NCBI GenBank assembly: GCA_964503995.1 | Contig: CAZDCR010000002.1 | Location: 1 to 59,343, forward strand | DNA length: 59,343 bases | Direction: 5' to 3' | DNA from: an uncultured Segnochrobactrum sp. | Lineage (GTDB): Bacteria > Pseudomonadota > Alphaproteobacteria > Rhizobiales > Segnochrobactraceae | Shown here: piece by piece, positions 1 through 7,960 of the stretch | How the letters are laid out: each line of letters starts with the position of its first letter | Numbering within the stretch: position 1 is the first letter of the stretch | The notes under the pieces: generated by a model | The model's database searches: none | The model's input: only the letters and a program-made list of their open reading frames with translations | What the model was told of the DNA's origin: nothing | Program-made: the position numbers and the translations under genes

Positions 1-54
1 AGCACTGCTTTCACACGGCAGGGGTCACAGGTTCAATCCCTGTACCGCCCACCA
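1..54 (+). tRNA. tRNA-Val(CAC), 3' part (5' end lies outside the window)
   Basis: Anticodon arm CTGCT-TTCACAC-GGCAG, T-arm ACAGG-TTCAATC-CCTGT, acceptor 3' strand ACCGCCC followed by ACCA; nearly identical to the tRNA at 4897-4971. Confidence 0.93.
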
Positions 55-134
55 TCCTCACGCCGCGCCCTCAGGTCCGGCACCGCTCTTCATCAGCATC
101 TCTCGCGATGGACTGCTCCGCCGTTCGGGACGGT

Positions 135-1625
135 CTAGAGGCCGCCTTCGACCAGATCCGTCCAGTGGAGGGACCGGTTGCGGCCAGCCTCCTTGGCGGC
201 ATAGAGGGCGCGATCGGCCGCGGCGATCAACTCTGAGGGCGAGCTCGAGCCGAGGCAGTCGAAGGTGGCGATGCCAACGGTGATGGTCGTGCCGCCAAGC
301 TCCGGGAAGACGGTGGCCTCGATCTCCGAGCGGGCGGCCTCCGCCACGGCCCTCGCGCCGTTGGCGTCGGTCTCCGGCAACAGCAGAGCGAATTCGTCGC
401 CTCCGACGCGTGCGACGAGGTCCCCCGGCCGGCGGGCAGCGGCGAGCAATCGCTTGGCCACCACCTGCAGGACCATGTCGCCATAGGCGTGGCCGTGGCG
501 GTCGTTGACGGTCTTGAAGCGGTCGATGTCGACGAACAGCAGCGACATCGGCCGGCGACTTCGGGACGCCCGCCGCATCTCGGTGATGATGACGCGCTCG
601 AACCGGCGGCGGTTGGCGAGGTTGGTCAGGGAATCGGTTTCAGACAGCAGCCAGAGGTTCTGCTCGGTCGCATTGCGGCGGGTGATTTCCCGGCGCAGCA
701 GCGCGGCAATGCCGAACATGACACAGCAGAGGACGGCGGTGATCGCGAGGCTCACCATCGCATGCCGCCGCCAGCCGAAGCCGAGCACGCCGTCGCCCAC
801 GCCGACACCGACGGCGAGGATCATCGGCACGTCGGCGAGGTTGCGGAAGGCATAGAGACGGGTGACGCCGTCGATCGCAAACGCACCCTGATAGGTGGCC
901 CGCGGCGCGCCGAGATAGGGGAGTGCATCGGGAGAGGCTCGCATGGTCCGACCGGTGTCACCGGTGCCGTCGATGAACGGCAGGCGAAGGATGATCGTTT
1001 CCCCGCCCCACAGCAGCCAGACGACGCCATCCGCCCCGAGATCGAGGTCGGCGAGCGACTGCTCGAAGGACTCGATGAGGATTTCCGACATGACGACGGA
1101 GCGCACGCCGTCGCGGTCGCCGATGGCGCGTGCGACCGGCAGAACCGGCCGAGGCGAGAACAGGCCGATCGCCGGCGGCCCGACGACGAGGCGTCCCGGC
1201 TCGCGCACGGCGTCGAGGAACCAGGCGGACGTTGCGAAATCCGCCGCCGGAGAAACGACGGTGTCGCCTTGCGCACCGACCAGATGCAGCGGCCGGCCAC
1301 TGGCATCGAGAATGACGACGGCACCGAGCTGACCGTCCTCGCCGGCCATGGCGGAGATGACGGCATACTGGGCGACGGTCAGTCGCGGCGGCCCGTCGAC
1401 GGGCAGCACCGAGAGCACACCGCGCAGGAAGGCATCGGCAGCGGCGATGTGCGCCTCGGTGTCATGACTGGCGAGGCTCGCGAGATTCTCCACCGTCCGC
1501 GTCGCGGCCCGTTCGGCGGCATTGCGTGCGAGCAGGATGTTAAAGCCGATCAGCGCGAACACGGCGACGCACAGAAGCGCCACGGCGGCGATGATGAAGG
1601 TTCCGCCGATGAGATGGGCCCGCAT
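135..1625 (-). CDS. Membrane-bound diguanylate cyclase (periplasmic dCache-like sensor + GGDEF)
   Basis: Two TM segments flank a sensor region; TDSLTNLANRR, DIDRFK, RxxD I-site (RPGD) and intact GGDEF. Start taken at MRAHLIGG. Confidence 0.9.
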   Translation of the reverse strand: MRAHLIGGTFIIAAVALLCVAVFALIGFNILLARNAAERAATRTVENLASLASHDTEAHIAAADAFLRGVLSVLPVDGPPRLTVAQYAVISAMAGEDGQLGAVVILDASGRPLHLVGAQGDTVVSPAADFATSAWFLDAVREPGRLVVGPPAIGLFSPRPVLPVARAIGDRDGVRSVVMSEILIESFEQSLADLDLGADGVVWLLWGGETIILRLPFIDGTGDTGRTMRASPDALPYLGAPRATYQGAFAIDGVTRLYAFRNLADVPMILAVGVGVGDGVLGFGWRRHAMVSLAITAVLCCVMFGIAALLRREITRRNATEQNLWLLSETDSLTNLANRRRFERVIITEMRRASRSRRPMSLLFVDIDRFKTVNDRHGHAYGDMVLQVVAKRLLAAARRPGDLVARVGGDEFALLLPETDANGARAVAEAARSEIEATVFPELGGTTITVGIATFDCLGSSSPSELIAAADRALYAAKEAGRNRSLHWTDLVEGGL

Positions 1626-1887
1626 CCGGCCCCGCACGCCGCCGAGGTCCGCGGAGACGCTGCCCCCTCGGGTCGCGCCCCTCAAGATCTCGAATCCTGA
1701 AGGTCCATCCGCCACCACCAGCCCCCGCCGGCCTGCGGCCTTCGCCCCCGCCCCAGAGGGTCGCCGCACGGCACCGGCCCGGCGGACCGAATCGCCGCCG
1801 AACCGTGCGAGCCGAAAGCTAGCGCGGCAGCGAACCGCCGCGCTTGAGGCGGATCAATCTCCGCCGTTGTTTCACGCGCTGTCGCCC

Positions 1888-2880
1888 TCAGGCCACCGGC
1901 GCCTGATCGTGACGAGCCTCCGCCCGCGTCTTCCACAGCGAGAACAGCACGCCGGCAGCAAGGATGACAAAGGTGATCCCGAGCGACCATTCCGCCGGGA
2001 ACTTGCCCCAGCCGAGCAGGTCGGCGAGGAAGATCTTCGAGCCGATGAAGATCAAAAGCACCGCCAGCGCCTGCTTCAGGTAGGCGAAGCGGTGCATCAC
2101 CGCCGCCAGCGCGAAATAGAGCGCGCGCAGGCCGAGGATGGCGAAGATGTTCGAGGTGTAGACGATGTAGGGGTCGGTGGTGATGGCGAAGATCGCCGGC
2201 ACCGAGTCGACGGCGAAGACGACGTCCGCGATCTCGATCAGCACCAGTGCCATGAACAGCGGAGTCATGAACTGGACCATCTTGCCGGTCCGCGGGTGCG
2301 GCGCCTTCACGAAGAAGCGGTCGCCGTGCAGGTCCTCGGTGACGTTGAAGCGCCGCTTCATCCACAACAGCAGCGGGTTCTTGGCGAGGTCGGTTTCGTG
2401 GTCACCCCACCACAGCATCTTGACCCCGGTGAACACCAGGAAAGCCGCGAAGATGTAGAGCACCCAGGCGTATTCCGCGACGAGGGTCGCACCGAGCCCG
2501 ATCATGATCGCGCGCAGCACGATGACGCCGAGAATGCCCCAGAACAGCACGCGGTGCTGATACTTCCGCGGGATGGCGAAGAAGCCGAAGATCATCGCGA
2601 TGACGAAGATGTTGTCCATCGCGAGGCTCTTCTCGACGACGAAGCCGGTGACGTACTCGACTGCCGACTGCGAGCCAAGCTGCCACCAGACGAAGCCGCC
2701 GAACGCCAGTCCGAGGGTGATGTAGAAGGCGGAGAGCGCGATGCTCTCACCGACCTCGATCTCCTTGTTGCCCTTGTGGAAGACGCCGAGGTCGAGGACG
2801 AGCAGCGCCAGCACGAGCGCCATGAAGCCGAGCCACATCCACAGTGGCTTGTCGAGAAACAGATAAAACAAAAAGTCCAC
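1888..2880 (-). CDS. TerC/Alx family integral membrane protein
   Basis: EKSLAMDNIFV, YQHRVLFWGILG, DVVFAVDSVPA and SNIFAILGLRALYF motifs; GTG start with a GGAGG RBS. Confidence 0.93.
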   Translation of the reverse strand: MDFLFYLFLDKPLWMWLGFMALVLALLVLDLGVFHKGNKEIEVGESIALSAFYITLGLAFGGFVWWQLGSQSAVEYVTGFVVEKSLAMDNIFVIAMIFGFFAIPRKYQHRVLFWGILGVIVLRAIMIGLGATLVAEYAWVLYIFAAFLVFTGVKMLWWGDHETDLAKNPLLLWMKRRFNVTEDLHGDRFFVKAPHPRTGKMVQFMTPLFMALVLIEIADVVFAVDSVPAIFAITTDPYIVYTSNIFAILGLRALYFALAAVMHRFAYLKQALAVLLIFIGSKIFLADLLGWGKFPAEWSLGITFVILAAGVLFSLWKTRAEARHDQAPVA

Positions 2881-2965
2881 GCGCGACCTCCCTCTCGAAA
2901 AGAAGGCTCGATCAGGGGCGCGCACGGAGAATGCGTTCCGGACCCTGGCATCGAGCTCACCCGAT

Positions 2966-3010
2966 GCGGTCCGACATCACGATCAGCGATCGTCAGAGGG
3001 GCCCGGCCCG
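2966..3010 (-). ncRNA. Putative terC-motif cis-regulatory leader RNA
   Basis: On the minus strand GGGCCGGGCCCCTCTG-ACGATC-GCT-GATCGT-GATGTCGGACC lies ~90 nt upstream of the TerC start and contains an internal hairpin. It resembles, from memory, the terC RNA motif described upstream of alphaproteobacterial terC genes; no covariance search was run. Confidence 0.5.
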
Positions 3011-3177
3011 CTCGGCGCCAAGTGGGATACCCGGCCTCGCGAAGCAAGGGGGGGCGCCGGGGCCCACGGCTGCGTCAGGCGGTCGCAGGCCCGGTCCACC
3101 GATCGGACCGGGCGCCGGTGCGAAAGCGTGCGGCCTGTGTCGCGTGTCACAGCGCCGTCGCACGGCGCGGCGATAAC

Positions 3178-3250
3178 GTCCCCGTCATTGCTCCCAAGGC
3201 AATTGCGGTGTCGCGTGAGCCCGCCTCGGTCCGCCGGGGCGGGCTTTTTC
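3178..3250 (+). ncRNA. Candidate small RNA (5' hairpin with CUCCC-containing loop + intrinsic terminator)
   Basis: Hairpin ATTGC-TCCCAAG-GCAAT followed by a + strand terminator; no + strand CDS exists here to explain that terminator. The 5' end is estimated. Confidence 0.5.
3218..3249 (+). terminator. Rho-independent terminator
   Basis: Stem AGCCCGCCTCGG / CCGGGGCGGGCT, loop TCCG, followed by a T run. Confidence 0.75.
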
Positions 3251-3306
3251 ATGTGCCGCGGTTCCTTTGACCCGCCGCGGCCGCCGGGCGAGCGACCGCC
3301 GGCGCG

Positions 3307-4116
3307 TCAGCCCGCGGGCTCCTCCCAGGCCACGACACGGCGATAGAGCCGCCACGTCGCATGGCCGAGCAACGGCAGAACGACGATCAGGCCGAGGAAG
3401 AGCGGCAGCAGGGCGGCGACGGTGAGCACCATCACCACCGCGGCGAAGCCGAGCATCGGCACCGGATTGAGCGTCACCGCCCTGACGCTGGTGATCATCG
3501 CGGTGATGAAGTCGACGTCGCGGTCGAGCAGCAGCGGGAAGGACACCACGGTCAGCGAATAAAGGACGACCGCCAGGATCGCGCCGACGACATGGCCGAC
3601 GGCCAGGAAGACCCAGCCTTCCGGCGTCGTGAGGATGACGGAGACGAACTCCTGGGCGGTGGTGAACGAGCGCAGGCCGAGGAACAGCGCCATCAGCAAC
3701 CGCACCTGGTACATCCAGACGATGAAGACGAAAATCGTCACGAAGGCCATCCAGCCGAGCTCGCGCCCGCCCTGCCGGCCGATGCAGGCGAGGATGGCGG
3801 CAAAGCTCAGCGGCTCACCGGTCTCGCGCCGCCGGCTCACCTCGTAGAGCCCGGTCGCGACGAAGGGGCCGATCAGCGCGAACCCGGCGGCGAGCGGATA
3901 GACGAGATAGCCCATGCCGCCGCGGGTGGCGGTGACGAGGATCAGCAGCCCGCCGGCCGCATAGATCGCGCCGAAGAACAGGCCGTAGAACGGCGCCGCC
4001 TGGAAGTCCCGCATCCCCTCGGCGACGGCGTCGACGACGTCCGAGATCGCGATCTTGCGCAGGATCGGCTGCGGCGGCCTGGCGGCTTCGGTCCGCGTGG
4101 GCGTGGCGTCGGTCAT
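3307..4116 (-). CDS. DUF2189 family membrane protein
   Basis: GFALIGPFVATGLYEVSRRRE and LPLLGHATWRLYR motifs, multiple TM helices; start MTDATP with a GAGGGGG RBS. Confidence 0.85.
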   Translation of the reverse strand: MTDATPTRTEAARPPQPILRKIAISDVVDAVAEGMRDFQAAPFYGLFFGAIYAAGGLLILVTATRGGMGYLVYPLAAGFALIGPFVATGLYEVSRRRETGEPLSFAAILACIGRQGGRELGWMAFVTIFVFIVWMYQVRLLMALFLGLRSFTTAQEFVSVILTTPEGWVFLAVGHVVGAILAVVLYSLTVVSFPLLLDRDVDFITAMITSVRAVTLNPVPMLGFAAVVMVLTVAALLPLFLGLIVVLPLLGHATWRLYRRVVAWEEPAG

Positions 4117-4165
4117 GGCGGCCCCCTCGTTTTCGGGAGCCTCGCCCGTCTGCGCCAACTGCGCC

Positions 4166-4179
4166 TTGATCTGTCTCAA
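4166..4179. promoter_or_regulatory. FNR/FixK-type box upstream of the DUF2189 gene
   Basis: TTGAT-CTGT-CTCAA is one mismatch from TTGAT-N4-ATCAA and is centred ~56 nt upstream of the ATG, compatible with a class II (-41.5) position. Confidence 0.65.
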
Positions 4180-4267
4180 GCTCCGCCAGCGGCGGTGCGG
4201 AAGCCCGCCCCGGTGTGCCGGGGCGGCTCTGGTCTCGTTCCGCGGCCGTGCCGCCCGGGATGAAGGC

Positions 4268-4762
4268 TCAGCGCTTCTTCAGCGTTGCGGCGAAGGAGAC
4301 GACGCAGTTCGGGAGGTCGTCGAAGCCCCGCACCTCGCCCTTGATCGTCACCTTCGAGGTGGCGTCGGTGATGGTGCTCGGCGACTGCGAGGTGAGGCGA
4401 ACCTCTGCACCGTTCGCATAGGGATAGGTGCCGCTGCCCGTCGCTCCGGCGACCATGCGCTTGTAGCTCTTGCCGAGGGTGCCCTTCTCCAGCACGAAGC
4501 TCGTCGCCCAGAACGGATAGAACATCGCGACGACGGTCGCCTTGCTGTTGCCGCCGACCTTCGGCGGCCGGAACCGCATGTTCGGGACCGTCCCTTCTCC
4601 GACCACCCAGCCGCCTTCCGCGCAGGCCTTGTTCTTGGCGATCACCGTGCCGGTGCCGCGGAACTCGACCGCCTGTGCGGCCGCCGGGGCCGACAGGATC
4701 GCGAGCCCGACGGCGGCGGATGCGAACGCAAGCACGGCACGTCCAGAAACCCCAAAAGTCAT
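4268..4762 (-). CDS. Hypothetical secreted protein
   Basis: AAGGAGG RBS ahead of the ATG at 4762; signal peptide ending AAA-Q; two Cys; high-GC codon usage. Confidence 0.75.
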   Translation of the reverse strand: MTFGVSGRAVLAFASAAVGLAILSAPAAAQAVEFRGTGTVIAKNKACAEGGWVVGEGTVPNMRFRPPKVGGNSKATVVAMFYPFWATSFVLEKGTLGKSYKRMVAGATGSGTYPYANGAEVRLTSQSPSTITDATSKVTIKGEVRGFDDLPNCVVSFAATLKKR

Positions 4763-4896
4763 CAGCCACACCTCCTTGTTGAGGAGGCGAGCCTAACGTC
4801 GACGACCGGCTGTGGCCACCCCTGGGATGTAAGCTGTCAGACAGCTGTCGCCACACCGCCGAAGGCGGTGAAGGCACAGGATCGGCGAAGGGAGAA

Positions 4897-4971
4897 TGGT
4901 GGGCGGTACAGGGATTGAACCTGTGACCTCTGCCGTGTCAAGGCAGCGCTCTCCCGCTGAGCTAACCGCCC
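4897..4971 (-). tRNA. tRNA-Val(GAC)
   Basis: Reverse complement GGGCGGTTAGCTCAGCGGGAGAGCGCTGCCTTGACACGGCAGAGGTCACAGGTTCAATCCCTGTACCGCCCACCA: complete cloverleaf with encoded CCA. Confidence 0.97.
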
Positions 4972-4986
4972 GGGACGCGGGCGTTG

Positions 4987-5015
4987 CTATAGCCGCGTTG
5001 CCCGAGCCGCGCAAG
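4987..5015 (-). promoter_or_regulatory. sigma70-type promoter of tRNA-Val(GAC)
   Basis: CTTGCG-N17-CTATAG, close to the alphaproteobacterial CTTGAC-N17-CTATAT consensus, 15 nt upstream of the tRNA. Confidence 0.55.
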
Positions 5016-5078
5016 GACATTGCCGTAGTGAACGCAGGGTCCGTTGCCGGCCGCCGCGCGGACGCCTAGAAGGCAGCT

Positions 5079-5873
5079 ATGAGCCAGCGTCCCCCACCGC
5101 ACCGTCGCCCGCCCGGCAAGGGCCGTCCGCCGCACGCGCGCGCCGAGGCACCCTACGCCCTCTACGGGCTGCACACCGTCGCGGCGGCGCTCGCCAACCC
5201 GCGGCGCATCAAGCACCGGCTGCTCGCCACCCGCAACGCCCTCGCCCGGCTCGGCGAGCGGGCGGACGCCGGCCCGCTGCCGCTCGAGGCGGAGCTCGTC
5301 GAGCCGCGCGTACTCGACCGCATGGTCGGGTCGGACGCCGTCCACCAGGGCGTGGTGCTCCTGGCCGATCCGCTCGACGACGTCTCCCTCGACGACCTCG
5401 CCGAAGCCCGCCTGATCGTCGCCCTCGACCAGGTGACGGATCCGCACAATGTCGGCGCCATCCTGCGCTCGGCGGTGGCGCTCGGCGCCGGTGGCCTGCT
5501 GACGACGACGCGGCATGCGCCCACCGAGGGTGGCGTGCTGGCCAAGGCGGCGTCCGGCGCGGTCGACCTCCTGCCGATCGCCGCGGAAACGAATCTCTCC
5601 CGCGCCCTCGCCGCCCTGCGCGAACACGGCTTCACCACGATCGGGCTCGACAGCGAGGCCGGCCACGACCTCGACGACGTGCCCGTGGGCGACCGCGTCG
5701 TGCTCGTGCTGGGGGCGGAGGGCAAGGGGGTGCGGCCGGGCGTGCGCGCCGGCCTCGACGCCATGGCGAGGCTCACCGTGCCGGGCGCGATCGCCTCGCT
5801 CAACGTCTCGAACGCGGCGGCCATCGCGCTCTACGCGATCGGGCGGCGCCTGCGGATCGGCGCGCCGGGCTGA
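5079..5873 (+). CDS. rlmB: 23S rRNA (guanosine-2'-O)-methyltransferase RlmB, SpoU/TrmH family
   Basis: LYGLHTV, HQGVVL, LDQVTDPHNVGAILRSA, GAEGKG and SLNVSNAAAI SPOUT motifs. Confidence 0.88.
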   Translation: MSQRPPPHRRPPGKGRPPHARAEAPYALYGLHTVAAALANPRRIKHRLLATRNALARLGERADAGPLPLEAELVEPRVLDRMVGSDAVHQGVVLLADPLDDVSLDDLAEARLIVALDQVTDPHNVGAILRSAVALGAGGLLTTTRHAPTEGGVLAKAASGAVDLLPIAAETNLSRALAALREHGFTTIGLDSEAGHDLDDVPVGDRVVLVLGAEGKGVRPGVRAGLDAMARLTVPGAIASLNVSNAAAIALYAIGRRLRIGAPG

Positions 5874-5933
5874 GCGGCGGCGGCCGCCGGGACGGCGGTC
5901 GGCGCGGGAGCGATCCCCCGCGCCCAGGTGCGC

Positions 5934-6461
5934 CTAGCGGCAGAACACCAGCCTGCCGCTGTAGGTGCGATAGTACCCCGTGCGCGGATTGAACGAGCGG
6001 AACCGCTTCGAGCACGAGCGGACCCATGCCCGCGTCCACGGTCGCCGGACCTTGACGACGCCGCGCGGGGCGACGACGACCGCCCGCGGTGCGACCACCA
6101 CCGGGGCCCCGACGATCACCGGCGCGCCGTAGCCGTAGCCGCCGTAGTAGCCCGGCCAGTAGCCGCCACCCCAGCCGCCATAGCCCCAGCCGCGGCCCCA
6201 GCCACCGCCATACCAGCGGCCGCCGCGGTGATAGTGATTGTGATGCCGGCCGCCACCGTGCCAGCCGCCATGATGGGGGCGCCCGCCGCGATAGGGGCCG
6301 CCGACCGGCGCCACCCGTTTGCCGCGCGACTGCACGGTCTCGACGGGAAGGCTGCCGCTCGCCGCCACGGCCTTGCCGCCGCCGACATTGGCGATCGGCG
6401 CGGCCGCCACCGGCGCCGCGAGCAGGACCAGGCCGGCCGCCAGAGCGATGAGGGTCTTCAT
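5934..6461 (-). CDS. BA14K family secreted protein
   Basis: Signal peptide, Gly/His/Tyr-rich linker, C-terminal W..CSKRFRSFNPRTGYY.TYSG.L.FC BA14K motif. Confidence 0.88.
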   Translation of the reverse strand: MKTLIALAAGLVLLAAPVAAAPIANVGGGKAVAASGSLPVETVQSRGKRVAPVGGPYRGGRPHHGGWHGGGRHHNHYHRGGRWYGGGWGRGWGYGGWGGGYWPGYYGGYGYGAPVIVGAPVVVAPRAVVVAPRGVVKVRRPWTRAWVRSCSKRFRSFNPRTGYYRTYSGRLVFCR

Positions 6462-6543
6462 GATGCTGTACTCCGCAACACGCCCGCCCGGCGGCGAGGG
6501 GTGCGCCCCGCGCGAAGGCTGATGCAGTGTTCGCACCCCCAAG

Positions 6544-6561
6544 CTGAATGCCGCCTGAATG
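6544..6561. promoter_or_regulatory. Direct repeat, possible OmpR/PhoB-family regulator site
   Basis: CTGAATG-N4-CTGAATG (11-bp period) ~85 nt upstream of the BA14K start. Confidence 0.4.
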
Positions 6562-6768
6562 GCCGGGCGCCGATGGTCAGCCCGAACTGCTTGCCGGCCG
6601 CCTCCCGAAGGCGCCGCCGGGGGCGTTGGCAGCCGCGGGAGAGGTGGCCGAAGGACAGGGGCCGGACGCGGGGCACCGGCACGGCGCGAGCGTGGACCGA
6701 TGCTGCCCTGACCCTCGTGCGCGACCGATCGAGCCGTGCTATGGGAGCCGCGCCCGCGAGGCGTGGCG

Positions 6769-6843
<75 letters not shown>

Positions 6844-7112
6844 GATCTCCGCGACGCCAATCGTTCGCCTTGCCCTGCCGCCCCGGACGCTGCCCCTGTG
6901 CGCCTCGTGACCGCGGCAGACTTGTCGGTGCTTGCCTCGCGATGCATCTCGCGCATCCTGTCTCGGCTCGCGCGCTGGTCTCGACAGGGCCCTCGCGACA
7001 GATGAATCCGCAGCGGGCTGCACCGGCGCCGATACCGCCACGGCGCCGGGTCACGGCTGCGGCCGAATACGCTTCGCCCAGCCCCGAGGGGCCGTCGGAC
7101 CGGAGGTCCCCC

Positions 7113-7778
7113 GTGGTGACGGACAGTGCCGCCCTGCCAATCTTCCTGGTCGCCCTGATGTACTTCGGCGACATGGTCTTCGCCTTCAGCGGCGCCGTCG
7201 TCGCCGGGCGCCACCGCATGGACCTCCTCGGGATCGTGCTGATCGGGATCGTCACCGGGATCGGCGGCGGCACCCTGCGCGACGTGCTGCTCGGCAACCC
7301 GGTCTGGTGGGTGCACAACCCGCTGGAGCTCGTCCTGTGCGCAGCGACGGCCTTCGCGGCCTACTTCATCCGCGGCGTCCCCGGTGGCCGCGAGGACGCA
7401 GCCGCCTGGGCGGACGCCATCGGCCTTTCCGCCTTCGCCGTGGTCGGCGCCCACATCGCCCTGGCGGCCGGGGCATCGGCGGTGACCGCGGCCTTCCTCG
7501 GCATGGTGACGGCCACCGGCGGTGGCCTGATCCGTGATCTCCTGACCCAGACGCGGCCGATGATCCTGAGCAGTGACCTCTACGCCACCGCCGCCCTCGT
7601 CGGTGCGGCCGCCTACGTGCTTTTGGCCGGCCATCTCCTCGCCCCGCAGGTCGCAGCCTTCGTGGCCTTTGCCCTCGCCTTCGCGGTGCGGGCAGCAGCC
7701 ATGAAGTTCCACATCCGCTTCGGCGTCATGGGGGAACCGATCATCACGACGCGCCGGCGGGCCGACCCGCCGTCCTGA
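7113..7778 (+). CDS. Trimeric intracellular cation channel family protein (UPF0126/YadS-like)
   Basis: Duplicated motifs GIVTGIGGGTLRD and GMVTATGGGLIRD, plus ADAIGLSAF; GTG start after a GGAGG RBS. Confidence 0.9.
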   Translation: MVTDSAALPIFLVALMYFGDMVFAFSGAVVAGRHRMDLLGIVLIGIVTGIGGGTLRDVLLGNPVWWVHNPLELVLCAATAFAAYFIRGVPGGREDAAAWADAIGLSAFAVVGAHIALAAGASAVTAAFLGMVTATGGGLIRDLLTQTRPMILSSDLYATAALVGAAAYVLLAGHLLAPQVAAFVAFALAFAVRAAAMKFHIRFGVMGEPIITTRRRADPPS

Positions 7779-7816
7779 CGCTTCGGGGGACGGCAGCACG
7801 GCCGTCCCCCGAAGCG
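7779..7816. terminator. Perfect 16-bp hairpin directly after the stop codon (terminator/stability element, no U-tract)
   Basis: CGCTTCGGGGGACGGC-AGCACG-GCCGTCCCCCGAAGCG. Confidence 0.55.
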
Positions 7817-7960
7817 GTAAGCCCAGCGGAGCGTCGAGCGGGCGGCCGGCCCGCTGCCACAAAGCTGCAACACTCAAGCGATTTCGCCACGCCGCCGCCC
7901 CTCCCTCTTGCGCCGGCCGTGCGGCTCTGCAAGCTGGCGGCAGGGGAAATCGAAATCAGC

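Noticed and set aside
6850-7110. Glycine riboswitch upstream of the UPF0126 gene
   Set aside because: The conserved GGAGA...CCGAAG...CTCTCAGG elements are not visible.
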